Shown here: positions 51,987 through 64,000 of the stretch, in pieces
How the letters are laid out: each line of letters begins with the position of its first letter
How positions within the stretch are numbered: position 1 is the first letter of the stretch
Origin: Phallusia mammillata
Lineage: Eukaryota
NCBI GenBank assembly: GCA_965637545.1
Contig: OZ281501.1
Coordinates: 5,146,001 to 5,210,000, forward strand
Length of the DNA: 64,000 nucleotides
Direction of reading: 5' to 3'
Position numbers and translations under genes: made by a program
Notes under the pieces: generated by a model
Databases searched by the model: none
What the model was told of the DNA's origin: nothing
The model's input: only the letters and a program-made list of their open reading frames with translations

Positions 51987-54900
51987 ATGATGTCACGGGA
52001 CATTGAAATGGATGGAAACCAATTGTGCACTCCAATTACACTAAAACATGACAGAATAAATGCACTGAAATGTCAACAAGATTCTCCATGTTTGCGAATA
52101 CCTGCATCACCTTTTATGAAGCATTTAGGATTTGGAACAGGTTGGAAAAAAAAAACGTTTTAACTATTTGTAGAAAAAGTTGTTGAATCTTGTGTTGTAA
52201 AGATGGTAAAATGTTGGCAAGTCTCTTTTTTAGGTTGATTGTTGACAACTATAAACTGCTAATTATTTTCTCTCAGCTGCAAATATCCCAAGAATTTTGG
52301 GTTTGGGACATTGCAAATATCCAAAGTTATTTGTTGTCATAAACAGTCGTCAATGACCATGCTGCCTGTTGGAGGGTCTGATATTGCCCGGCATAATTTC
52401 CCTCAGTTGTTATATTTGATTATTTTTTTTCAGGTGTGAATGTTTATCTTGTTGAACGTTCACCCAAACTAGGACAATATCGGTCTCCATGGGCAGTGAA
52501 GAAAATTAATAAAAAATGTGGACATAACAGTTCAGTGAATGAACAAAGGTATGATGGAAATAACAGAAGGTGTTTTCATTTAATTTTACAATGCTGTTTT
52601 TAACCAGGTTCTCTTTTGGTAAAGAGTTTGTTGAAAGCAATTTGCAAATGTAATATGTATGAAAGACATGTTCAAGCATTAAATCTTTTGTCAGGCGGTT
52701 TGCCTTGAAACCGATCAGTGACTGGGCAATGCTCAAGACACAGTTGTATCATTGCCAAACTTACTTACTTACAAACAGACTGTTTATCGCCGTCTGATCA
52801 CAAACTGACTGGTAACGATAATTAGTAAATGTCATGTATTGGAGTATATATATAACTGTTATAGTTTTCCTGGTTGATAGGTCCATTTTTGTTTTAGCAT
52901 TACCAGGAAGTTGGCCTTTCACTTTGTAACTCTGATAGTGGCATGTAAAAATCAAAAGAAATTGTTTTGTTTTTAGACTACAGGAAGAAGCAATGATTTT
53001 AAAGAGCCTCAATCACAGAAATATTGTTGGCTACCGTGGATTTAGCCGAAGTGTTGATGGAACAAGTTGTCTTGCAATGGAATCTGGTGAAAAGTCACTG
53101 ATGTCAATCATTGAAGATCGAATGGAGAAAGGCTATGGTATGATGCACTTGAAAACTTTTTTAGTGTAGTCTTTTACTTCTTAACACTAACGCCTAAAAA
53201 TCATTAGGACATTTAGTTTTTTGTCCTAAAATGTCTGAATTTTGCTGATTGAATAACTTTTTGTCTCCTTTCTATTTTTAGAAGGTTGCAAATCTTTTTT
53301 TGCGACAAAATGTGGCTTAAAACTGCAACTTGTTTTGGTAAGTGCCTCATTTCGTTAAACACATAACTGTCCGCCAGTGAATGTTTGGACATTGTTGTGT
53401 ACAATGCAAATGTATTGTAATAAATGGTTGTCTAACGTGATATGAAGCAACGACTTGACGAAACATTTGTTAAACGTTGCTTAACCAAGTTCTTGTGGTT
53501 GCACGCATAAGTGACATTGGGTCGCGACCCATACTTTGAGAACCACTGTCTTAACAGAAGCTTTTGAATTTCTGATAAAACTATCACCATGGTTTAGGAA
53601 TTCTGATGAAGATAAAACATGGCCCGGTTGGTCTAACTATCTTGTGTAACAAAGAATGTATTTTTCATACCATTTTATACCATTTAATACCATACAACAG
53701 GTGTGCTTTGTTGTGCCTTGTGTGATAGTTTGAACGGAAGTTTTTTATTTACGTTGTATTTTTGGTTGTACATTTTTAAGCTTTTGCTGTGATTCCTATA
53801 TACATACATTGCACACATAGACAAAGTTTTTAATTGTTTTCTAGGACCATTTCCAGCTCAGACAATCCTATGTGTTGCGCAGCAATTGGCAGATGCTCTG
53901 GTCTATCTCCACGAAGAAAAACATTTGCTTCATGGTGATTTGAAAAGTCCAAACATCCTTATCCGGGTATGATTTCAATGGTTAAGTTTTTGACTGTAAA
54001 CATTAGCATGCATGCAAGCAATTGTAAGGTTTACTCTTCTTCTCCATTGCAGAATTTTTGTGCACAAGCTTGGTGGCAAAAAGGTAGACATGCTTTAATA
54101 AGTCATTTATTTTCTGTTACCAGGGAAATTTTGATGAAGTAAAGTTATGTGATTTTGGTGTGACTGTTGAACTAAACGATGGACTGACAGCAAAAAATCA
54201 AGATGCAGAATATGTAGGAACTGAATCATGGTCAAGTAAAGAGGTCCTACAAGGTTTGTTAAAAGTACTTTTTAATCATAACAACAAACCTCTGTATACA
54301 GGCAAGTTCTGCTTTTGCCAGTAAAACGTAGTGGGTGAAAAAGAAAAAAATGTTTTATGTCACCTGTGAATCACCTGGCAGACTAAATCAATATGAGCTA
54401 AAAGAAATTTGGAACACACAACAATTATTGTCAAGTGGTTATTTTGTCACACATTTATTGCATAAAATTAGTGTGAACATCTTTGGAGCTTTGAATTAAT
54501 ATAATTTCATAATGAAGCGAAATTTGAAACAACTCCACTTTGAATGTCCAAACTGAAATACCAGTTAAAAAAATTGCACTATTTTGTAACACTATCTACG
54601 AGTCTGTTTATAAGTTTAATGGTGAAAACAACGGCCCAAATAGATGTAAAAAGCGACATGCTTTATATTTTAAATGTTTCTGCAAATGCTCATGCCATCA
54701 TTAGTGATATGAAGGCCACCTCAGTTACACCTGTGTGTGTATATATATAAGGAGTGATAAATATACATATATATGTATAAGGAGTGATAAATATAAAGTA
54801 TGTCACTTTTTATGTCTATTTGGGCCGTTATTTTTACCATTAAGCATTATTTTGTTTCTTTAGGTTTACCAGTTGGTTCTGGTATGAAACACTGCTTAAA

Positions 54901-57569
54901 AAGTAAAAATATTGTACTTGTATTGAACACAATCATTGTTTAGGAACACACATCAGTGACAAAGCAGACATCTTTGCATTTGGGATGGTTCTCTATGAGA
55001 TGCTGACCTTGGGGATTCCCCATATGCATGTATTTCCTGAGGAAGAAGATTATGATGACTCAGAGGAGTTTGAAACTGATTTTGAAGAGGCTGAAACAGT
55101 TTATCAGGAGTCTTTGGGTATAATATTACTAGCATTTCTTATTTATTCTATACCCAAACAGCCTATCTGGAGAAATCTTAGTGATTGTGAAGCCATTACT
55201 AGTGATGGGTAGGGATGTTCAAAGTAGAATAACTGGGTATTCTAGAATAATTTTCTAGTTTCGAATCTAGAATATCGAATCCAATTCTTATATTATTTTT
55301 GACTGTGCAATCATTTTGCTTTATAAAACACATTTTTCATTTAAAACTTAAAAAAAGAACCAACTAAAAGAAATAAAAAACACTGGGAAAAACCTTGCAC
55401 AACTGCATTGAAACTAAATGCCCAAAAATCCACAAAGACAGAAGAATTAGCATGAGGTTAAAAATTATTCATAACCTTTTCATTTATAGTGATTATTATT
55501 ACCTTCAGTAAGAGCAACTATGTTGTAATCATGTAAAAACAAAGGGTAATTTGATTTGTTTAGTGGTAGAGGACTGACATAGACTCCCTAGTCTACAAAT
55601 ACAAATATATAACGTTTGTTAACTTAAAACAAGTGCGAAAACAGGCACCCTAGCAAACAAAGTTGGGACATTAGGTGGTCAATTTTCAAAGCCCAATTAA
55701 ACTACCTGCAATTAAAAGTTAAACTTTGCAGCGTTTACTCACTACATTTTTATGTTTGTATGAGGTCAGGAAAGGACTCAACCGTCATATGTTTTGGGAT
55801 TCCTTTGCTGTTTTTGCGATATTAACAGACAATCCCATGCTTCCAATCGCTGCCCAACGCCATGACCGTAAGATGTTTTTTGTTATCAAAGTCGGAAAAC
55901 AATTAGACGTCGGTAAGACGTTGCAAGAGCCTGACATAAACGTAATCACGTGATCAGATGCGTCACAAAAAGTGCGCCAATCGTTAATTATGCCTCCAAT
56001 GCACCTCCGACACCGACGTTATAGCGTTGTTATAGCGACTCGTGACTTAGCGTTATGGCGTTGTAAAGCGCTCACAATTTGGGGAAGTCCTTTGCCGTCT
56101 TTTGCAGCTGGTACAATGACCGGGCGTCGACGTAAAAACGTAACGCATGTGTTTACATTTTTACCAACGGCGAGAGCACACATTTATATCAGTTCCAATT
56201 ACCCGATATATCCAAAGGATTCGATATTCTACTTTGAACATCCCTAGTGATGGGACGAGTACCCAGTACTCGGTATCGATGGTATCCAATGATTTCAGTG
56301 ATATCGGTGCTCGTACTCGGTAATGAAATATTTTGCCCCCCAAAATCGGATTACATTTTTTTTACCTGCTTCTGCATGTATATGTGTGTGCGTATGTACC
56401 CCGGCCATGGCAGATAAATTAGCTAGTTATATACCACTAAGTACAACACAATTTTAAGTACTCGTACTCGGTATATACACGTGGTACTCAGTATCTGTAC
56501 TCGCTTTAAAGTCTGGTATCGTCCAAAAATTAAGTCGGTAACTGGCAGCTGTTGGTAAAACAAGGATCTGCAATGTGGTTGTCATAGCAAAAAGGTTGTG
56601 CACCGCTGATCCTTGTATATCCCATTACCAAGGTGTGTTTTTAAGTAAGTCACCAACAACTTCTGGGGGCTGACATGATTATATACATTTTCTTGTTGTA
56701 TGCTAAAAACTCATGTATAAGATGTCTATGCTGTTTCTGTAAAGTTTACAAAAATGTTTAGAGATTTACTAAACTTTATTGATTCTTGACTGTTATATTA
56801 TGACTTGAAAATGACACCAGGGTTCCCGCAGGTATGGAAAACCTGGAAAAGTTATGGAATTTAAATTTGTATTTTTAACGCCTGGAAAAGTTTTGAAAAA
56901 AGCCAACTGTTGCAAAAGTCCTTGAAAAAGTATGGAATTTGATGCCTGTTTTACCCTGAAAATGTCAGATAGAGATAGGAATTTTAAATTATGTAACGTT
57001 TGTATATTCGTTGTAAGGATGGTAAATTGGATGCATAATACCTAAGCCTCTTTACTAGTTTCACTATGGGATTTGTTCGATTTTTTTCGAATAATGTTAT
57101 GGAAATTGGGAGGTATCTTTCTTGAAAAGTTTTGGAAAAGTCATGGAACTTATAAACGAAAATTGCGCAGGAACCCTGTGACACTGATGTTTTCGCTTTA
57201 TGTTCAGTAACATGGATTACAACAGAAGACGCTTCTTTTAACTGTATTTTCGTCAAACCAACTGCAACACTAATATTCTAACTTAAAAAAACATGTATTT
57301 GGCAAAAAACAAAAACACAACCATTAGTCCAGAACACATTCATTCTCCAAAATACAACCAAACATTTGTTTCATGTAGGTTCACGACCCCCTCTTGTCAA
57401 CTATGAATTCGACATGTCCTACACCCCTGTCATTGAGCTCTTCTGGGCATGTACACATGAACGTCCATCAGCCAGGCCAAGTGCTCGACAAATTACACAA
57501 ATCTTTGAAGAGCATATTCATTCTCCAATACATGGTATGCCAGATCCAAAAGGAAAATTGGAGTTTTGA
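51987..57569 (+). CDS. PBK: PBK/TOPK (lymphokine-activated killer T-cell-originated) protein kinase; 7 exons, ~348 aa
   Basis: Exons 51987-52140, 52434-52548, 52977-53137, 53845-53966, 54124-54253, 54944-55117, 57379-57569 (1047 nt). [64 protein letters not shown] and an acidic insert, all typical of PBK. Confidence 0.93.
54620..54839. mobile_element. MITE with ~40-bp TIRs flanked by TTAA
   Basis: tggtgaaaacaacggcccaaatagatgtaaaaagcgacat versus its reverse complement at 54800-54839; internal ~31-bp tandem duplication (tataaggagtgataaatata x2). Confidence 0.7.
55210..56246. mobile_element. hAT element with Ac-like TAGGGATG termini, inserted into the left TIR of another hAT MITE
   Basis: 18-bp TIR TAGGGATGTTCAAAGTAG; perfect TSD gtgatggg at 55202-09 and 56247-54. 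The host element begins TAGTGATGGG at 55200 and ends near 56533. Confidence 0.85.
56818..57178. mobile_element. MITE with CAGGGTTCC termini and a 6-bp flanking duplication
   Basis: TIR CAGGGTTCC / GGAACCCTG; tgacac on both sides; internal GGAAAAGT(C/T)ATGGAA repeats. Confidence 0.75.
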
Positions 57570-57695
57570 AGTTTCTACACAGTTTTTAGCCCTATTTTCT
57601 GCCATTTTAATACTTGTAGTGTCTGCCATGTGTGTATTTCTTTGCCATTTTAGTTGCCAATAAATGGATCTGCCTCAAAGATTGTTGAAAATGTT

Positions 57696-59333
57696 TTAAG
57701 CAAAGTCATAATCATCTCGCTCATCATTGTACTCCAGTATGTGTTGTTTGATCTTGGATGTCTCTTTCCATGTTACAAAATCTTCCAAAGACCTGCAAAT
57801 GTTTTTGACAGTATTACAGTTTAACTACAAACTAATGTAATTTAAAGCATATATTCCCTTTTACTATAACAGTCTACATATTTCACACAGTACACTTAGC
57901 ATACCACCTACAATAAGGTTACTTCACTTCAGTTTTTTGCAAGCAGGGACCTTTTACAATTGCACTTTGCAATAATTAAATTAGGTCTATACATGGATAC
58001 GTTTGGGGCGATATGTAAAATTTAATCTTTACATACCTTGTTACAAGGAATGCAGGATCCAAAACTACTTTTGTTCCTACTCGAATATCTGAAATAGGCT
58101 GTTAAGTCGAACTTTTATTGTTATATGAAAAAACAATTACAATTTTTACCTTTATTAATAGATTTACAAAAAAGCATTTTTAACCTGTAGTAAACTGCTT
58201 TAAGTTTGTTTGGTGTGCAAGTAGTGCGGGTGGTACTAAATACCGCATGTGACCGCATGTGATTCCTCTTAAAATACACCAAGGTATGTGAAATATAGGA
58301 ATACAAGCCCCATCAAGGGTAAAATAGACTAGATTGTAGGTTTATTTTAATAACAAACCTTCACCCAACCCTAATAGCTCTAACCATTAGCGCTTTCAAA
58401 AGTCCGCAAAATTATTCTTTCGTAAAAGCATATTCAAGTCTTTCAGAGATTCCTGCCGTGTGATAACATGCGGTATACCATGCAATCACATGCGGTTACA
58501 TGCGGCCACATGCGGTATTTAGTACCACCGTAAGTAGTGCTCCTTCAAAAAACCTCAAAAAAGGATACGACCCTGTTCAATAAACTCAGTAGCGCTTTTC
58601 AAAGATTGGGCCATCTTCAGTTTGACCATTATTACAGGCAAACGTCTGCGACAAAATGAAGAAGCTGTAACTTTGTCAGCCAGTTCAAGATTCTCTCTCG
58701 TTGGAATAATTCCCAGGTTGTAAAGCTTCTCTATGAGATCACTTGTGCATCGGACACGGAATGGGTCATTTTGATCCAAGTCCCGAATTTTGCGACAAAT
58801 CGTCCGAACCTCACGGCTCATCTTGTTGTAACTGCAAATATAAAGTTTACTTTAAATACATCAGAAAAACGACTTCCACATAAAAAGACATGGAAACAAT
58901 ACCAAACTTTTCCAAAATTTTAAGTGTAACAATGTCAAATTTGAGTAATTTAAATTGTCATGATTAAAGCAGCTGTAGTGTTATGCTAATTATCAAAATT
59001 AGCTTCAAAGTTATTGTATTGACATTGACTGTACTATAACCGTCACTAATTTAGGTATGTTGAAAAAAATCAGAAACTGTTGTGAACATTTTTAGCTTTT
59101 AGGCTGGTCAGTTAGCATGTAAAGCAAACTTTCACAGGCCAATTCTCCAAGCACTTGCATGTAATACAGTGTCTGAATGTTATTTGGATTTAAACTTACG
59201 CTGTGTAATGTTCACGTTTTTGAATCCGGTATTTGCGCATAATTTTTACTTCATGTAAGTTGTTGTCCGCTTCCCAGGCGAAAAAGTCCACCTTCTTGAG
59301 CAACTTCTTTTCATGAAACCGTAGTTTTCTCAT
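57696..59333 (-). CDS. IMP3: U3 snoRNP protein IMP3 (S4 domain); 4 exons, ~181 aa
   Basis: Exons 59333-59200 ([17 protein letters not shown]), 58831-58569 ([19 protein letters not shown]...FIEQG), 58088-58037 (HIRVG...DPAFLVTR), 57792-57696 (SLEDFVTW...ERDDYDFA*); 546 nt, phase-compatible. Confidence 0.95.
58228..58531. mobile_element. Mutator-like MITE in IMP3 intron 2
   Basis: TIR GGTGGTACTAAATACCGCATGTG; 9-bp duplication aagtagtgc at 58219-27 and 58532-40; subterminal CATGCGG repeats. Confidence 0.75.
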
Positions 59334-61977
59334 CGTTAATTGCTGATGAAGTTATCCGTGTATAGCAACTAGAATTTTACAAGTAATACAGCTAAATACA
59401 ATCGTTACAAAATATATACAATCACTTTTTAATTCAAGCATGTGGTACGCCACAAAAATCGTAAATGGATATTATACGATTTCTATAGTATTCACGGTTA
59501 ACTCTGGAATGGGTTTTCGTATTCAGGCGTTTTGTGAGGGTATTCGATGTGAACGAACAAGATGCTTTAATGCCCACATTTAAGGAAGAAAGTATGGCAA
59601 TAGTGTACGTACTGATGAAAGGTTTTAAGTCCGAAAAAAATAGCCTTGATCTCTGTTAAATTGTGCTGTTTCTGTTGTACGTGGTCACGTGACTAAGCGG
59701 CATAAGGTTCGTGTTGACTTGACTGCGCTGGCGGCAACATCTCAATCAGACCGGGGAGCTGGACTGAACAGGTAGGTTACGAATTTTTGTTTTTAAAACA
59801 AACGAAATATTGCATTGCACAGTAACTTGAACGATTTGAAAACTGTGAAGTTGTGAAAGATTGTTTTTTGGCACAGATTTTAATTTTACTGTCTTTCGGC
59901 ACTATATAATAAGCTTATGCAAAGATATGTTGTGAAAGAACGTATTTAAATAGATTACAACTTATGTATGAGTAATAAGGTGCGCAATCTTAAAATATTT
60001 AAGACATCTATTTAAACAAAAAATGAAATTGGTTTAAAATTAAGCACTAAGTTGCAAAGATTGTGCCAACCACGTCGTCAAAATGCTAGGTTTTGGTTAA
60101 ACGTTGTAGTTGCTTCACTGCTTTTCTTTACCGGATCTGTTAGTTAAAGTTGTGTTGTCCATCTCGTTAACTTGCAAATTAACATTAAACAGCGTATAGG
60201 TAGTTAATTTATGTATTTTTTTCAGTCGTTTCTTGTTTGTACACTTTTTGTGGATGTTATTTTTTGATAATACCCAGCTAAGCAAACAACAAATACGCAA
60301 CAAAACTAGTGCAATAGCCAAGTTCTAAAGATAAAGTTGCTCTGTGACATAACAATGCTACATGTGGCGCAATTCTTTATCGGCGCAGTTTTCAGCCGTT
60401 AGGCGCTTTTTGCTGATAAACTCGTATTTCGCATTCCAGGCTTTGCCAGCGTGGTTGATTTTTTTCGTCTTTTGCAGCTCCTGAAGGGCCAAAAAGCTAA
60501 TAGCTAATGCACAGCAGTTACTTAAATTGTTTTAGATTGTGCTGGTATCAGACTTTTGCTGATTTGAGAGGCTGCAAAATGTCCAACATTCTATACTCAA
60601 GCTTTAACTGAAACTAAGGACGTGCGACGTATGAGTGCTGCATACAAAAACAGGTTAGTCTTTTATTCCCTGTTGGTTTTCTTCAACTTTTCAAATCTAA
60701 AGTCTCAAATCTAAACACATGCGTATGCAAATGCATCTTTTTTTTGCTTTCTAAGTGTCTATAATAGCATGATATAAGTTACTTAGTTTCTAATTTAAAT
60801 GTAGACATTTCTTAGGACTGAAGGCAACTGATGTATTTTTTGGGATAATTAAAATCTCGTCACGATAAACAATAACTTCGTGAGTTAAAAAAAAAACGCA
60901 ATTTACCTGTTAGTCTGTTATTAGTTTACTAACTGTTGAAACGTGAATCTAAATTTCCTTGTTGTCAACAGAATAATGCAGCCCCAATCGACACTGAAAT
61001 CGCCGTAGTTTTGTCAAATTACCTGGAATGGATAACTGGAAAATACATCAGACGATTTATAAACAATGAACTTGGACTTGCTTAGCCGAGTGCCCTCATT
61101 GCCAGGCACCGCGACTAAGTGCGATTTACCTGCACGCAACGGTCAGGACTTGGGCTTAAACTTACGAAGTTTCAATCATTACGGGAACTCGACATGACTA
61201 TTCCAGAGCGAGTATCAGTATTATGCAAGAGACAAAAAACTGCAAAGTGGCATGAAATGTATCTCAAAAGAGTGCCATAACTATCAAAATGGTACCGCTG
61301 TGTACGGATAAACAATATCCTAAAAGGACATGGACATTCATTTTTGGTTTTATGTCAAACCACCATGGACAATCAAAATGTGGTTCCCCATTGGCAATGG
61401 ACTTTCTGCGCTTGCAATTTTGTTCATTGTACGCATCGGTTTATTTTTCCCGTACATTTCCTGGACCTCTTCCGTTGTTACGTCAGGAATTCTGTTGCAG
61501 AAATATTATTAAGACTTCAAATACCTTAATTCACCACCAAAAGGAATGTCGTCCATTTTTGCCACGTGTTTTGGTAATTACTTTGGTTAAAAACCACACA
61601 GGCTCTATTTGAATAAGGGACTAAAGATGCCAGTTAGCCAAAATATATTTCATACAAATTCATTGACTGATTCTGTTACTTGGAAATCATTTTTCAATTT
61701 TAGCTAGATTCGTTATACATTAGAAATGCAAAAACAATCATAGTTTAGATGTAAATTTCAACAAACTTCATCGAAAATTCAGGGGTTGCACTTATGCAAA
61801 TTTGTGTGAAATAAATTTGAAGCAAGTTTTTGAACTTATACAGTAAATATTCCAAAACCGCGTCGTCAAAATGTCATAAATTTTGCTCCATTGCAGTTTT
61901 CCTTTAATTTTATAATATTTCTTTCATCTCGACCAAAAACGCCGAACTCCTTCAATTCCGAATCAAACCTTCCAATT

Positions 61978-62288
61978 TTAACCAATTCGTCGTTTCTTCA
62001 TAATATCCAACAAATCGGTACTGATACAAGTCGAGAGACGATAAACCGGGTCTGCAGGGTCTTCATCCGGGGCTGTGGGGTCTTCTTGTGGCGCAGAAGG
62101 AAGTACTTGTCCCTCTAAGGTTGTATGAGTCGCGTTAAGAGGGTTGAGCTCGCTGTAAGGTGGCGGAGGGTAATAATATGGACTCCGGTAAGGCCACGTA
62201 CACCACTCAGCCTGAAAGGCAGGCGCACTTGCCATAACGAGTTTACTTAAAACACTTGTGCCTATTGGTTGTTTAGTAGACAATTCTC
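61978..62288 (-). CDS. Terminal coding exon of a gene encoding a PPxY + PSAP motif protein; upstream exons not identified
   Basis: Acceptor tttgcag| with exon start 62288, open for about 102 codons to the stop at 61978. Contains YYYPPPPYSEL and LPSAP; GC content is higher than the flanks. Confidence 0.6.
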
Positions 62289-64000
62289 CTGCAAATTAAT
62301 ACATTTAAGCTGTAAACTTTAAACTAGAATATCCAAGCTCGTTGCCTGATGGATGAAGACTATAATCGAACTTATGCTGATTGATTTAAGTTCATAAAAA
62401 ACATCAAGTCATTCATCCTTTAGAATTTGAGATATAGGCTATATATAGTTGCTTTACAGCATCATCAGTCCTTAATTCAAATATAATTCTTTTGAATCTA
62501 ATTTTATTTCTTTATTATAGCTGACATAAAGTCCAGACAAAGTGTAAAAACGAATCCAAAGGCGGGTTTTAAAGCATTGGAGACCAACAAAGCTTTAATT
62601 CCGACTCAATTTTGGTATTTATTCTTCTCCAATGCAACAATAATGCATTACGTAAATAAGAATTAATAAACCGCCTTTGATTGTCAGTTCCTCTATTTAT
62701 AAACGTTTAACTTATTTTTTCGACGGCGAGCTGTTACTGGCAATAAAAAAACGTGAAATTGGTCGAACGCTTTAAAGTCGTGTCTCTCTTTTTGCCTATT
62801 AACACAAGTTTAATATTTTAAAGGTTGTTGGGAAATTTAGAAGTGGTAACATAATCCCACCAGACGTACAAGTATAATAGGGGGTAAATTGCAGCGAATC
62901 ATAAACACGGGTCTTGCTTGTTACCAAACCACACTTTAGCATGTAGTAATGCACTTGCTTGTATTGTTACATTAAGTTAAATATTTATACCACAGCGTTA
63001 CTGAAATTGTTACGTAGTTTAATACTTAAACAAGAATGCGAAATATTTCCTTATCGCAGAAAAACTTCCACATAACTTTCGCGGTTGTTTCTTATGTTCT
63101 TGTCGTAAACTTATATCAATACACCTGATTTTTTTATGTGTTGCAAATATATATCATTCTGGAAAAAAAATCCCCAAATATTTCGTTAAATTAAAGCAAG
63201 CCAGTCGATTTCGAATTTTTTGTTTCAATTTTTGTGTTTGTTTGTAAACTTTTTCCAAGCCTTAACCTTGCGTTCATATCTCGTTCTAGCTAGATATTAG
63301 ATACAAGCTTTTCTACACAAGTTCAAACCGTTTATACGACACATCTACTTGCGCCTCGACTGTCTCGTTTGAAATTGGCTGCGTCAGCGATTTTCAAAAT
63401 TCGCAATTACTTAATCTTGGCGAATTAAGAAAAATTAGTGTTGCGTTCGCGCCTTAAGCGGTGCGGGCGTACATGTAGAAGAAGAGCAAAACACATCAAC
63501 AGAGAATGTAAAATATTACAACAGTGGTGACGTGAATACAACTTAAAGTTAATTGTTTCGATGAAAGTTACAACAGGACAAATCTGTCACCGTAAGCTCA
63601 GTTTATTTCAAATATTTAAACGACAAATAAAATCTCGAAATTTATTTGTTATTTTCATAAGAAATACAATGGCCAAAATATAGAAGAAACAACCCATCAC
63701 TTTGTACCAGAAAAGAGTGTTTGTACCAGAAATCATGTCGCTTATTACATCTTCTTTGGCATATTTTTTATAAGACTAATACAGTCTCGAATTCGACGAA
63801 TTTCTTTGGAGTTTGTGGTTGAAACCCACTCTGGACATGTCCTCAAGTCAATTACGGTTTACTTAAATTTATTTTGTACTCCCTGCGAAGCAAACAAATG
63901 TAAAAATATGTAATACATTTTCAGATTATAAAGTCGGACCTCTAAACTGATATGATTTTTACAATGTTTTGAAATTGACCGATTCAAACATTAACTTTTT

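Noticed and set aside
51974-52006. Upstream out-of-frame ATG overlapping the PBK start
   Set aside because: A 10-codon uORF is plausible, but the mRNA 5' end is unknown, so it cannot be supported.
1-64000. Most 60-160 aa ORFs in the supplied track; CRISPR arrays, operons, rRNA
   Set aside because: The ORFs are antisense shadows of real exons, MITE-derived or random AT-rich frames. No repeat-spacer array, prokaryotic gene organisation or rRNA sequence was seen.

Overview
AT-rich animal genomic DNA with spliceosomal introns, most likely a tunicate (ascidian). That assignment is inferred from a chordate-type short-coil-1b intermediate filament gene, compact introns, mosaic CpG depletion and dense MITEs. 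Six genes could be rebuilt exon by exon by hand: two divergently oriented EndoU ribonuclease paralogs (one with two somatomedin-B domains, one without), a CTD small phosphatase (CTDSP/SCP), a type III-like intermediate filament, PBK/TOPK kinase and IMP3. There is also the last exon of a PPxY/PSAP-motif protein. The rest is rich in nested hAT, Tc1/mariner-like and Mutator-like MITEs plus a tRNA-derived SINE family. I found no CRISPR array, rRNA or functional tRNA gene. The best leads are (i) the EndoU pair with modular domain difference and charge reversal, (ii) a spliceable transposase-derived WRKY/GCM-like ORF with its own promoter motifs between the two EndoU genes, (iii) an orphan mirror-symmetric promoter at 23.3-23.4 kb, and (iv) a hidden distal last exon of CTDSP suggested by CpG depletion. 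None of these is proven to be a new system. All homology calls are by motif recognition, with no database search.
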